From the NCBI GenBank assembly GCA_951406725.2, contig OX597825.1, forward strand, positions 28,520,001 through 28,584,000: a stretch of 64,000 nucleotides of DNA, read 5' to 3'. Positions 12,299 to 31,100 of this stretch are shown here, piece after piece. Source of the DNA: Octopus vulgaris. Lineage: Eukaryota. How positions within the stretch are numbered: position 1 is the stretch's first letter; the number at the start of each line of letters is the position of its first letter. Under the pieces are notes generated by a model. It did no database searches. It was given only the letters and a program-made list of their open reading frames with translations, and was not told the DNA's origin. The position numbers were made by a program, and so were the translations under genes.

Positions 12299-12628
12299 TT
12301 TGTTTCTTCATTTGACCATTCCGAAATATAACAAATCCTTTCTTAAATTTTTCTTTTATCAGAGACGCTACTCTAAAACAATTTCATATGGAATTCAAAT
12401 TACGAAAGAAGAAAAAAAAAAAAAAAATAAACGCTTATTATCAGATCAAAAGTGAGTGTTTAACATATGAAGTTGCGTTTAAGAAAGACGTTGATAGATT
12501 TTTTGTTATTAGATTTATTTGTTTAATTGCACAGGCGCTCTGGCTAGCATTTAGTTTTTCATGTTGAAATAGAAAAATTACAATGCTTTTAAACGACAAA
12601 TGATTATTCATGAAATATCCGATGAACT

Positions 12629-15600
12629 ATGACAATTGCATGCCTCATTCTTATCTCTACTTGGATGTTTGTGACAGGACAATTGGAATTATCATTTCTA
12701 CAATTTCACGAACCTCCCGCAATTATACCCGATGATCCTTCAAAGTTATACTATTCAGTGCCACTCAATCAAATGATCAGCAAACCGATCATTGTCGTTG
12801 CGTCTTATTCAAACGAGACACCTTTTTCTGAGGGAGAAGTCAATATGACGGCTACAATAGACAGCTATGCTGTTTCGCCATCTGGCGAGATTAATACCAA
12901 AGATACTTGGGCAGAAAGTGGCGGCCAACTGTGTCAGAAATCAGCATGGTGGTTGAATTATCCGGAGCGATATAACAGACATCTTGCGAAAACTCGTTGT
13001 CATACACCGCATTCTTCCATTCTAATGAAATCACGAATTTTTAATGGAAAACTCATATTTGATTGGATTTACCATAAACATACCATTGTACCTCCATCCA
13101 TGCGAATGTTCAGGATCGAAATACCAGATTATAAAATATACGTCGACTCTTTCCCAATATTTGTAACCAAACCTGCACACCGGTTAGTTGTAACGAAACA
13201 ACCACCTTTATATGTTTTTGCTAATATCGATTTTGATGTTGAGGTTGAAATAAGAGATGAAAGAGGGAATACTCTCATAAATGGTCTTGATTCGGTAGCA
13301 ATTGTGGAAATGACAATTCCTTACAATTATAAACGTTTCTATGCTGACCCAGAGAGAGAAATGATGATTGATTACACTAAAATTCGAATGGATGGAAAGG
13401 ATGTAACAATTGATTTTAAAACACGAGATATAATAATGCGTCAACAAGCAAATTATGGTAGGGCAAAATTTACTGGAGTTCGAATTTTAGACGTTACAGA
13501 AAATTTGCAACTAAATATTACTTTAACCATGGCAAGAGACCCATGGAGCAGAATTCCTGCTTGCTCAGAATGTTTCCTTGACATCGAACGTGCAAGACAG
13601 TTGTCTAGTGATAGAAAGTTTATTACTTTCCAACGATTAACAACTGAGGAAGAAGAAAAGATTCTACCTGTTGTCTTCACGAGGAATTTCTCGGTATTAT
13701 ATTTAATGGTAGATCGCATTGTTCTGGACAACTTCTCAAAAAGTATGTATTATAGACTTAAAAATAATGGGGGAATTGTAGAAGTACCTATCACTTGTCC
13801 TTTACTTTACGGCATGAGTATTTTAGCACTAGATGCTAGAGGTCATCGGATCTATTCAGGCCCTCACTCCACATTACGCCTATCAATTAATACAATCCCA
13901 GAAAATATATGCTTTTCAAAACATAGCACCGTGAGAATGTCAGATGGAAAAATCCACTTATTGGTATCTATTTGTGAAGTAGTCAATTCCGTCAAATTAA
14001 GAATAACTGTAACTAGTAGGAACAATATTTATTTCATTACTCCGGCTTTTCGTATAACAGGAAACATTACAATTGGACATTTTGGTGACCTTCGATTTAG
14101 TGGTGATGGAAAGGAAATTGACTCACATATCAATTCTTTTATACGATTCGCAATCAATGATGTTAATAATGGTATTATTGTCCCAGAATTAAGAAAGAAA
14201 GGATTGAAATTATATTTGAAGTCGTATAATATTCCAAACGAAAAATCTGCAACCTATAGAAAACTTGGGGATTTGGAAACTATTTCAACTAATATTCATT
14301 TGGTTATAAGTTCAATTCCAGGAAATGTTGCTAATGTTTTTAGTCCGTTCATAGTGAAGTTTAGGATACCTTATATTTCGACGATCGATTCTACCAGAGA
14401 ATACATCGATAAAGATATATACCCATTGTATAATAGTATAAGTTGGTCAGAGGAGGCGTTCTATAATTCAGTGTTTCAATGTGCTAAAGATAGGTTTTGG
14501 ACTGACATTGTAATCCTTCGATATCACGATATTAATTTAACTGGTTTATTCTATTCTGTGGCTACCAAATACAAAATTGACTTACGCAATGAATTTGTCT
14601 TTGGGGCAGTAAAAGATTTAAAACCGAAGAACTTGTATGACAGGAAGCTGAAATCATCGTTGGAAGCAGTGAAAAGAACTAACTTGAAAGTAATTTTTCT
14701 GTTTGCTCCATTCCATATACAGCCAATCGTCTTTCGAGAAGCCTATCTTATGAACCTTTCTTCTCTGCATGGATTCCAATGGGTTTTAATGAAAAAATAC
14801 GCGCGAGAGTTTCCATTTGAGAACCATTCGGTTTGTAACAAAAAATTAGAATGCACATTAGCTTTTACTGGAACCTACCTCTTTGATTCGACCTACAACG
14901 TATCGGGTTACCAAACAGATAGTTGGAAACGAGTTCTTAATTATTATTTTAAAGAAGACCGTGTACTTTACAAAGGTGGAAGAGTTCGTCATAGGTCCTT
15001 TGAAATAGGAGCGTTAATGGGATTGGGTTATGACGCCGTGCACCTTTACGCTAAAGCGTTTGCCAAACTTCTCAATAAACGACTAACATTTAGCGGTAAC
15101 AAGGTTAATTGGCTCATGCGCAAGACAACTATACATGGACTAACAGATAAAGTATCTTTAAATGCATACGGTGATAGAATTGGTTATTTCGGTTATCTGG
15201 CCCAAGTTAACCCAATCCCACGTTGGCCATATTTGCCGAAATCTAAAGTTATATCTTACGTAAAGTGTATTAAGAGATCGGAAGACGGTACTCAATTAGA
15301 AATACCTTACGAATCGGAAATACTTCCTCACAATAAAACTGCGGCACTGGTAGCATTTCCTGTCGTTAAGGCACATAACACTAGACGATACATATCTTTA
15401 TCAGGGATGGTTAGTCTCAATACACAAAAAATGATGCCAAAAGAGGGTGAAGATTGGCCGCCAACCATTTTTATTCGGACAGAAAGTATAGTTCCACCAT
15501 ATTATTGCGTTCATGCTTGTGGATACAAATTAAAAGACCCCGGTAATATTAATGTTTTCGATCGAGGAATATGTCGTCCTGGTAACAAATGCGAATGCTT

Positions 15601-17675
15601 TGAAGGATTCGGGGGGGAAGCATTGTCACTTTGTTCAGTGCCATTGTTTACACGGCCTTTGCACTATTGAAGGTTCTTGCATATGTAATCCTGGTTATAC
15701 AGGCCCCTCTTGTGGTGCAGCAATTTGTGAGGATTGTAATTTTGGTGTATGTGTAAAACCAGGTGTATGTGAATGCACTACTACAGTATATTTCGGTGAA
15801 AATTGTGCTATTCATATTTCATCCATCATTGTTCCAATATTATTTGCAGCACTTATTCTCATTGGTATCTTTTATGTCGTGGCAGGAATAACTAGCTCGA
15901 AGACGAAAAGTATAATCTATCAAGACTGGATGATTGATTGGGACAACGTTACTGTACCTGAAGAATTAGGTATGGTAGGACAATCCAAGGGAATAATTAA
16001 CAAAACGGTTGCAGCTTATAGATGGGACGATGAGAACTGGTATGTAAAAAAGATTAATAGTAAGACAATTCCTCCTGATGATAAAAAGATTATTTCAGAC
16101 ATGGTCAAGTTAACTAAAACTAGACATTATAATCTAATTCGATACGGTGGATGCTGTTTGACTTATCCTAACGTCAGTTTGTTCATGGAAATTGCTGACA
16201 AGGGGAGTATAGCGGATGTACTTGCCAATGAAACATTTGAGATCGGATGGGAATTTGGATTTTCATTTTTAAAAGATATATGTTGCGGAATGGAATATTT
16301 GCACGACAAATCTGAAATCAAAAGCCATGGACGTCTGAAATCTTCCAACTGCTTGGTTGATAAGCGCTGGACAGTACGTCTGTCAGGATTTGGTGCACCG
16401 TCTCTTCGTTATGGCAGCTACAGAATCCCAGAGTCTGAAGAAATGGCTGATTTAAAAGATCTTTTTTGGACCGCACCCGAACTACTGAGGGATAACACAA
16501 ATCTCGATGGAGTAAAGTCGGGCACACCGCAAGGAGATGTCTATTCATTTGCTATCGTTGCGTGTGAAATTGTGACGAAGGTAAAACCATACCATTACGA
16601 ACTGAAACATTTAAGTGAAAAAAGCATTTTAGATCTCATTAAAGATTCACATTCACGGGCCAATAAAGAAATACGACATGTATGGGAGAGTATTGGTGGA
16701 GGTAAAATGATTTTTACGAGACCAATTTTAAGTGAAGATTTATTACCAAACAGTAATCTATCTAAGAAGCTGTTTAAAAAAATGCTCGAAGAGTCTTGGA
16801 ATGAGATGGCATCGTCACGACCGACTTTTAATAAGCTTAGCATCATTCTAAATCAAATGTACCCCATAAAAGGAGAACTTATAGATAAATTAATCCAACT
16901 CTTGGAAACTTACTCCAATAATTTAGAAATGGATGTAATAGAAAGAACCAGAGAACTAGAAGAAAAAAAAGCTAAAGCTGAGCAGCTATTGGGCCAGATG
17001 TTGCCCCCGAAAGTAGCTTGTGAACTGAAACAAGTTGGTGAAGTGATACCGGAATTATTCGAAAATGCCACGGTATTCTTCAGTGATATCGTGAATTTTG
17101 GCCGAATATGTAAAGAAAGTAAACCAATGGAAATCGTTGATTTTTTAAATGAAGTTTATAAAATATTTGACTCAGTTTTGGACGGCTATGATGTTTATAA
17201 AGTGGAAACCATCAGCGCTTCCTACATGGTAGTTAGTGGTATTCCAGAAAAGAATGGTGATCGCCATGCAGGAGAAATTGCAACAATGGCTTTAGATCTG
17301 ATGTCATATGTTACTCTACTCCATGTTCCCAACACGGAAAGTAATGTGCTACAATTACGAATTGGAATGCATTCCGGCCCGGTAGTAAGTGGCGTGGTGG
17401 GGACTCTATTGCCTAGATTTTGTCTATTCGGAGACACCGTCAACACAGCTTCCAGAATGCAGTCTAGTTCTTATGCCTTACACATTCAAGTGAGCGAGAA
17501 TACTGCAGCAATTCTTGATTCTTTAGGCGGTTATAAATTAGAATGTAGAGGGGAAAGAGAAGTAAGAGGTCGCGGATTAATGACAACGTACTGGCTGTGG
17601 GGTAAGGACACATTTATGAAAGAATTACCTGATATATCCCTAGCAGTCCCTCTCTCACAACACACATTCAAATAA
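12629..17675 (+). pseudogene. Receptor guanylyl cyclase-like gene, copy 2; full length with a single +1 frameshift (G7 at 15611-15617); could be an intact gene if the run is miscalled
   Basis: ORF 12629-15670 (signal peptide MTIACLILISTWMFVTG plus ectodomain) and ORF 15552-17675 (EGF, TM, KHD, cyclase) join into 1681 aa if one G is removed. No introns. Confidence 0.88.
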
Positions 17676-17836
17676 AGCCTCCAGAGCATAAATTTATCTA
17701 TAAAACACCATACATATTGTAGTATGTGTTCATTTATGTATGTATGTATGTATGTATGTATGTATGTATGTATGTATCTATGCATGTATATTTGTATGTA
17801 TGTATGTATGCATGTATGTGTGTGTGTGTGTGTGTG

Positions 17837-18510
17837 CGTCTCTCCTAGTTTTTAATCATTAGAAATCTTCCACTGAGGACGGAGCCGGTTTCCAACAAAG
17901 ATACAAGGCTCCATCTGTGGGATGTAGTTAACACAGACAAATTCACAATTGGAACTTGAGAAAATTCTTGCATATATTTACTGTTCCACCCACAGATTGT
18001 ACCTGTAATGTACGAATTAGCCGGACAGTTTCTCTTTCTGAAAATCCCAGTTTATCCTGATTCTCACTAAAGCATTTACTGACAAAACCTAATGCTCTAA
18101 TTATTATTTGTATGAATATGAATTCATAGTCTGGATATAGAAGCTGCAGGTTTCGAAGTGGTTGTCCATAGATATTTTCTTTTTCTTTGATTTTCTATGA
18201 GTTATTTATATCTACAGAGCAGCTGACCTCTATGATGGTACATATCTTTGCCCGTTGTCCCAAACAACAATATCCAGTCTGTTTTGTTTACATTTGACAG
18301 AAGCTTTAATATGGGAATATTCCGCTACTATCCCTTGAGTTGGTGTTTAGCAATGTATTTCATAACACGGATTTTTAAAGTTTATTTCAGGACACACTTT
18401 ATTGCGGATGGCATTCTGAACAGTTTTAGCTACATCATGACGCATAGGGAGTTATCACCGTGGCGACTTTTTAAGATAGCAGCTAATCACATGCGGGATG
18501 ACTTCCATGC
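17837..18510 (-). mobile_element. RLE/R4-like retrotransposon fragment, unit 2
   Basis: Homologous to 3323-3994. Confidence 0.72.
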
Positions 18511-18595
18511 GTGTATGTATGTATGTATGTATGTATGTATGTATGTATGTATGTATGTATGTATGTATGTATGTACGTATGTACGTATGTATGTA

Positions 18596-18626
<31 letters not shown>

Positions 18627-18772
18627 ATATGTATATATGTTTGTGCATGTATGTATGTATGTATGTATGTATGTACGTATGTATGTATGTATGTATGTGT
18701 GTGTGTGCATGTATGTATGTATGTGTATATGTATATATGTGTGTGCATGTATGTATGTATGTATATTGTGAA

Positions 18773-23705
<4,933 letters not shown>

Positions 23706-24109
23706 GGGAGTATAACTCCAAACTGAGAAAATGTGAACTTTACAACAGAAAAAAGTGACGGTGCTGTTTTTTTCTTAAAACGTACTGTATTCATATATTA
23801 TTCGCATATTAATGTTAAAAAATATTCAGCCCATCTTCACTACAAAATGAACTTGAAATTGGTAACAATTGGAATCAATTCCACCATTCTACAAGATTTC
23901 ATCTGATTTTTAAAATTGTTTCTAATTTTGAAAATTCCTCATGAAACTGTTTTGTTCACATTTTGTTTTTAATTCAACTTTACAACCTTACATGTATAAT
24001 AGAAAATTTGTTCCAATAAAAAGAAATGTTGCTATATTTGATGTTTTATTGAAAACTTTTATTATTCACTTTTCACTTGTAATAAAATTCATTTGGTTAT
24101 TTCATTTAT

Positions 24110-25080
24110 CATAACTATGATAGATTTCGGCCAGTATAGACCCAGGACATGTCTAATTTAATAACACCAACTGGTGAAATCTTTTAGTGATATATTGGGC
24201 ACCATGGCCCACTTTATCAAAGAGTTATTATTGCTGGAGATATATCTGAGTGCAGGAATTTTTGAAGAAATTTATCCAGTGAACATTTGAATTTCATGGG
24301 ACCCGTTTCCGTTTTGACTTAATTTGATATTAAAGAGAGCTGGACCAGTTGAGGTAAAGTAGCTGTGGCATAGTGTTTTTATGTGTCCTGACTTCGAATT
24401 TTGTAGTGGGCTGATAGCACGGGGGCCAAGCCTTGGATGGATTTTAAAATTGATGCCAACATCATTTGTGGAATATCGATGGAATAATTTCCATATTCCA
24501 AAAATGATGTAGAGGTCCCGGCGGCGTTGGAGAGAGTAGAGATTAAGTTTTTTTGTCGACCCCAATAGTCAATGCCTGTTATGCTGGTTGGGGTTCAGCA
24601 GATTATTGTCTCATAAATAGTGAGTTATTCCCGATTTCAACACCCTCCCGAATACTTTAATGATATAAGAAGAGAGTGAAAGTGGACGGTAGTTCGCTGC
24701 AAGAAATTTGTTTCCCCTCTTTGAAAACTGGAACGACAGACTAGGAAAGAAAATAATCAGGAATGCAGCCTGTGTCAAGTGAATTCCTCCAGAGCTCAGC
24801 TAGAGTGGGTACAATTTGATGTCGACACGTCTTCAGGACAGTGGGCGAGAAATTAAGGAACCTACAACCGAGTTGTGTTTGATTTTATCTATTTCTGTTA
24901 GGATATCCGGTGCACCAAAATTTATGTCAGATATAGTTATTTGAGGGTTTACATCACTGATATTAGCCGGATCAACCTCATTAGCGTTACTGAAAACAGA
25001 GTAGTAAACAAAAACGGAAGGAAATGTATGTTCATCTGTTTCTAGGATGTTCATTCCATTTGTATGGTAAACTGAACTCA
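24110..25080 (-). mobile_element. Old CR1-like LINE remnant, unit 2, with a ~800-bp internal deletion
   Basis: Homologous to 5090-6870; deletion junction at 24581-24584 (ATGC). Confidence 0.8.
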
Positions 25081-25800
25081 TTCAACTGGTATTTTTTTTA
25101 TTATTATCAATTTTCAAAGGATGAAAGGCAACGTGAAACTAGGTAGAATTTGAACTCAGAATGTAAAGCATTTTGCCTAGTGTGCTAATGATTCTGTCAG
25201 CTCGTAGTCTTGTGTATAGACATTATATTAACATAGAACTGAGTATACCCCAGCACACATTACATGCACGTATATATTAATGATGTAAACAAAGACATGA
25301 CAAGTATGCATAATACTGAAAAAGCATGAAGTAAATACATGCAGACAAATATATTAATTTAAGAAATAATAAAAATATACAAAATACTTTAGAAATCAAT
25401 GAAGGGACAAAAGAAAAAGTAAGATGATACATGTTGACATTACTAGGTAATATGTAATTTCACAGGCGCTAAACTATAAATTTCACAGGGTACAACCTTA
25501 AAGTTGACACCGCTAAGTTGACACCACTACAACGCAGAAAATGTCTGTCTCACTATTCGCTAAAAACACACAGTTTTGTCGATTTTTAAATGTCTGTAAC
25601 GGTTTCGTCAAATTTTTTCTCCGCTTCTTATGAATAAGTGTGGAAAACTACTTCAATATAACCGATTTTCAGATTTTTACTTCCTTTAAAAAAATGCATA
25701 TTCTGTGAATGAATTTAACTAGATCTAGGTGGTGATTGACCACGAAAAAAAACATAGATGTGAATGTGCGCGCGTGGATGTGTGCGTATGTGTGTGCGTT

Positions 25801-25850
<50 letters not shown>

Positions 25851-26529
25851 CCTTCCCCTGTTTTCTATATGTCGCTCTCTCTCTTTCTTGCCCTCTTTTT
25901 CCCCGTCTGCAGCTGACACCTGACCTTTGGCCAGCCTTCCTTTCTTTCTCTCCCTTTTTCACTCCAGTTCCGTAGCTGAACGTTCGCAAATTCCCTATCT
26001 CATTGTCTTGCTATTTGCTGTAATCTATTCATATAGGATGCCTTTTAAGCATTACCCACCATTCTTGCCTTTTTGGTTCTGAGGCTATATTTTGCTCGTT
26101 TCTTATTTATTTCGTCTTTCTCCATCGTCTTAAATTACATTTATTCACGTTCGTCTTTCCACTCTGCATTGTTTTGTTTGCTCTCGGCCCTATATTCTCC
26201 GAACTTTCGCCGGCACCGCCTGCATACGGAGTTCTCAGTCTTATCATTAATGGTGCGAAACTGAGTAATACCACCTAGTTGATAACAAATCGCAAATATT
26301 CTTGTCAAAAATGACAAAAATCAATGTTTTACCCTGCAACAAGTACCAAACATTCCAAAACAGTTGTGCAAAAACTAACTTGCCGCCCCGCAGGGCGAAA
26401 ACCCTCCTCAAAACGACGACAACTGTTCGATGTCAAGAGCGCAACCGTAACTTCAACACAAAAACACACCAATTAAACAAACACACTGAGCAACAGCAGC
26501 CGAACGCAGAAAAGTGACAAGCACCGGTT

Positions 26530-28490
26530 GGCGATAAAATCTTTATTATGGTCAAACTGATCGTAGAAAGACAAAGACATTACAAGATAAACAAATACAA
26601 AAATCTCATATGAGTTCGAATGAGCATTAAGCTAAAAATGTACTGAAAAAATATTTTATGTAATGATTAATTTTTACCTTTGACTATAACTTTTTAAACA
26701 AGTTTGACTATAACTTTAAAAAACGGAAATAAAGCAAGAAAACGAATAAAAGCTCAAACAGATCGAACTCGGCAGCCTATAAGGCCCAACAACTATCTTT
26801 TCCTTTCCTCAATGATTAAACTGGGTTACTAACACCCACCTATCTCATCACATCCTTCCATCGTTTCTCGTATTCACTCGGTGGCAGGTTCTTCCTCTTA
26901 AACCCATCTTGCTCTTCAGATGGTATCTGAAATAGAACAGCAAACCGGGGCCAGAGACGAAGGACCCTGTCACAGAACCTTCCATTCTAGTCCTCCAAAC
27001 ACACTCTTTCAGTACTGCAAACGTACAGTAAAAACATGCCTTACCTTCTTTTGAGTGTCCAGTTGGCGGTATCATCTTTATCATAGATCCACCCGACAGC
27101 TGTACTCGTCCCAGATGCGACAGCACGTGTTCGACGTAACATTTCAAGCTAGATAGCTCCCGGCATTCTAGTAAAGCGTGCTGGACAGTCTCATTTTCCA
27201 GCCCACATCTTGGACACGGCCGTGGTATTGACATTCGCTGCCTGGATAACTTATCGCGAACAGGGAAAGCATTCCTGTAGCACTGACAGGTCAGGGATTT
27301 TTGGAAGTTATCCAAGTACCACGAACTGAAAGATTTTTTAAACAGGTTCCCACCGAATCCTACAGCCCCTCCTAGAACATCATCATTTTTTTTGCCTCTA
27401 CCAGCCCTCTATAGAACACCGAGGTGGTATTCTTTTCCCAACTTGTCGATCAGCCAGAGTGCCTGACGGCACACCTTGTGCCATGAAGTTAGGTTACATC
27501 TTTTAATGAAACCGGGTTTAAATCTCTCCAAACAGGCCGGTCGCGGCAAGAACTCCTACGCCAGCGGACTCCACACCTTATCACCCTCCAGGTGGTACCA
27601 GAGATGTCTCAACCTCAACGCATATCTGCGCATCATCAGCCAAGGCATTCCCAGTCCACCGTTTAACGGTTCCTCGCAGTAAACAGAGCGCCTCACAAGT
27701 GATTTCCACCCTTCAGCATAAACTGGAAGAGGAGTCTTTCCAACTTGTTTAGCCACAAATCGGGGCAAGGCACAACGGACAGGCGGTAGGAGATTACAGA
27801 TGCTATAAACACCTTCACCACCTCCGCCCATGCCCTTCAAGAACAGAGGTCTTCCGGACCACTCCCGTACTATGGCCTCCACCATGTCCACTACCTCGCT
27901 CCAATTCTTCTCCATCTGGGAGTCCGGGCCAAACCAAACTCCAAGCAACCCAACAGGGCAATCTGTCCAGTGTCCAACGACACTGGACGATATCGGATTG
28001 TTCCTACAAGTGCCGAGGCGCAAACCGATCGATTCGACCTTGTTAACTTTTGCCCTTGCCACCGCTTCGAATCGTCGGAGAGTATCTTCTACACGAGGTA
28101 GCTGAGTTACGTTGGATCCGATGAGGGTGACATCTTCCCCTAAAGCAGAAACAAACCCACTGCACCCGATTTCATTGGAGTTGTTTCCTAACTTCTCCAA
28201 CTTCCGCAGTAATGGCTCAAGAACCAAGACGTACAGAAGCGGAGGCAAGGGACACCCTTGACGAACAGAACGCTTGATCGAAAACGGCTCCTTTGGGTAG
28301 CTGTTTATCTGGACTGTGGACTAGATCCCGCTGTACAAAGCGGAGATCATCCCGCGAAAGCCAGGGCCCAGCCTAGCCGCTTCGAGGACCGCCTCCAGGT
28401 ACTGATGGTCTAACCAATCGAACGCTTTACTTTGGTCTAAATGGACCTATGCCCTTCCTTCGTCGGTTAATTTCCCAACCATATCTAAGG
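26530..28490 (-). mobile_element. Tx1/L1-clade LINE remnant, unit 2 (longest version)
   Basis: ORFs 27556-28248 and 26848-27315 carry PLLYVLVLEPL, LLGVWFG, GGLGMP and CPRC..ETVQHALLEC. Confidence 0.85.
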
Positions 28491-28491
28491 T

Positions 28492-29225
28492 GAAGGTGAA
28501 GATTCAGCCTTTCATTAAACTTTCTTCACATATTTTCAAAGTAACTTGTTTCTTTAGCCACGTATCAGTTCTCAGTCGTTGCTTACATCACCGCCTCATC
28601 ACAAAAGGTTTCCGCTTCCATTTCGCCCTACTCTACATTCTGCTTCAACGATCCTTCCCATACTCCGTTCTACATCCTACCGCATTATGGGTGCCACCAT
28701 TTGCTCCAATCTCTCTAAAATACATACCATCGACCGCCCTCTCCCTCCGGCTTTTTCCATCTTTTCCTCCTCTCTGTCCCCCTCCCATTCTCACAAAACG
28801 TTGCCATATATAATTCATTTAACTCATCTCTTTCTTCAATATCTTGCCAACACCAAACTTCGTAAACTCCACTCTCTCCTCCATTCCTTCACACATGATG
28901 CCACTATCCCAACTCCTCCACTACCTTCCTTGACACCCACTCCAACCCACCCACCCTTGTCCCTCCAAACGCCCCTCACACATCCACACTTCTCCGTCCC
29001 AGCCTTCCACCAGCCCTACCACTCCTACTTCTATTCCATCAAATCCTCCTACTTCTATTCCGTCCTCCCCTTCTCTACTTCAGTCTCTTGTTACCATTCC
29101 CCCAGATCTTTTCTCTGAGGCGGATCGCTCCATCCTTTGAAGGGGCCTTCGTTTAATCTCCTTCACTCCATCCTGCAATGAATTTCATACTCCTGCTAAT
29201 ATCCACAACTTTGTGCGCCGTGGTG
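28492..29225 (+). mobile_element. Penelope-like fragment, unit 2
   Basis: Homologous to 10055-10790. Confidence 0.62.
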
Positions 29226-29282
29226 TGTGCGCTTTTCCGCTACACTCTACCCGCATCTAACTGCAACTTATACAGAAGTATT

Positions 29283-29699
29283 GGACCCTTTCTGTTTGAA
29301 CGGCAGTTTTTAACACAATTTCTAGGTAACTAAAAAATTTTAAACTTCGTATACTGGTAGAATGTGTTTATAAAACATCTTTTTCTCTTGGCTTTATTGG
29401 GAAACTTTCATAGTTTGTAAGATATTTCGTCTCTAATTTCTTGCATTTCGGCAATTTCAACCAATCAATGACCGTCTATTGAGGTGAAAACATTTTGTGC
29501 CGTATAAATATGTCCCTCGTTTAAGAAACAGATTGGGTTTATATACATTTGTGAAGAAAAAAAAGATACCCTTCCCCCAACCCTAACCCTAACGCTAAAA
29601 CAGATTGAAATGCAATAGGTCGATCCTAGGGTCATAATTATGGGTGACAATTTCATATGACACCGCTAGAAAAAACTGCCGTTCAAACCGAAAAGATCC
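29283..29699. mobile_element. MITE, unit 2
   Basis: Same TIRs and GAAGTAT(T/C) flanks as 10846-11262. Confidence 0.85.
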
Positions 29700-30694
29700 G
29701 AAGTATCTACTTTTCACTATTATTCGTTCATACGCTATTGTTTATTTACTATTGATTCACGAAATTATCTCAGATTCCAGATGTTATATAACGCAATTAA
29801 AAACAGCTCCGTATGAGAAGGGAGGTAATCCCAAGAATGAAGAAATTTCCAGAGGTGACAAACGAAGGGAAAGAAATGGCATACCAGAACAACAGGTAGA
29901 TGTTTGGTTATGCGTATTTATATATGCGTCATTTGTTTAAAATTTGTATAAAATTCTATTATATGATAATGATATTTGGCACAATTTCGATTGTAGAGAA
30001 AAATGTAAATTTTTACAATCACACACTTGTCTCAGTTTCGAGGTGTCATTTACTAATAGAATTAAAGATTTCCAAAGCTTTTCGTGATCTGATTTCTTCA
30101 AAACACATCTAAAAACCATATCAAAAGCATTTTCATCTTTAAAATGTGACGGGTGTAACAGTAAAAAATTACACAGGGAAAACATGTCAGAATGCAATCA
30201 GGTAAAGCAGATCTACAATGGTATTAAATTATTCACTTACAAAATTTTCAAGTGTATCCACACGCTTGGAACCAACATGGAAACATCTTGCGACACATGT
30301 TGGGAATATCCTCTTCATTTTCATTTGGCTAAAATTTTCTTGTTGTGAGAAAATCTGTTCATCTGAATTAATCAATAAATATATTAAGTATGTGAGCGCA
30401 TGTGTGTGTGACTTCATACGTGTGTATGTATGTCTCAAGTATGTATGTATATATGTATACACGCACGCACGCGCACACACACACAAACACACACAGATCC
30501 TTGCGCGTGCACGCACGCACAGGTCGAACACAGCCACACACACACTCACGCACACATATATACGATTATGTGTATGTTTGTGATTACGTATGCTTATATG
30601 AGTGCAGGATTGTGTGTTATTGTGTGTGTGACTACATATGTGTACGTGTACGTGTGTATGTGGTGTGTGTGGGTATGTGTGCGTGCATATGTGG

Positions 30695-30769
<75 letters not shown>

Positions 30770-31100
30770 CGTTTGTTTCTTCATTTGACCATTCCGAAAT
30801 ATAACAAATCCTTTCTTAATTTTTTCTTTTATCAGAGACGCTACTCTAAAACAATTTCATATGGAATTCAAATTACGAAAGAAGAAAATAAAAAAAAAAT
30901 AAACGCTTATTATCAGATCAAAAGTGAGTGTTTAACATATGAAGTTGCGTTTAAGAAAGACGTTGATAAATTTTTTGTTATTAGATTTATTTGTTTAATT
31001 GCATAGGCGCTCTGGCTAGCATTTAGTTTTTCCTGTTGAAATAGAAAAATTACAATGCTTTTAAACGACAAATGATTATTCATGAAATATCCGATGAACT

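Noticed and set aside
15600-15680. Programmed ribosomal frameshift at the G-run
   Set aside because: Copies 2 and 3 would need opposite shifts, copy 1 needs none, and I see no clear stimulatory structure. DNA slippage or sequencing error is simpler.
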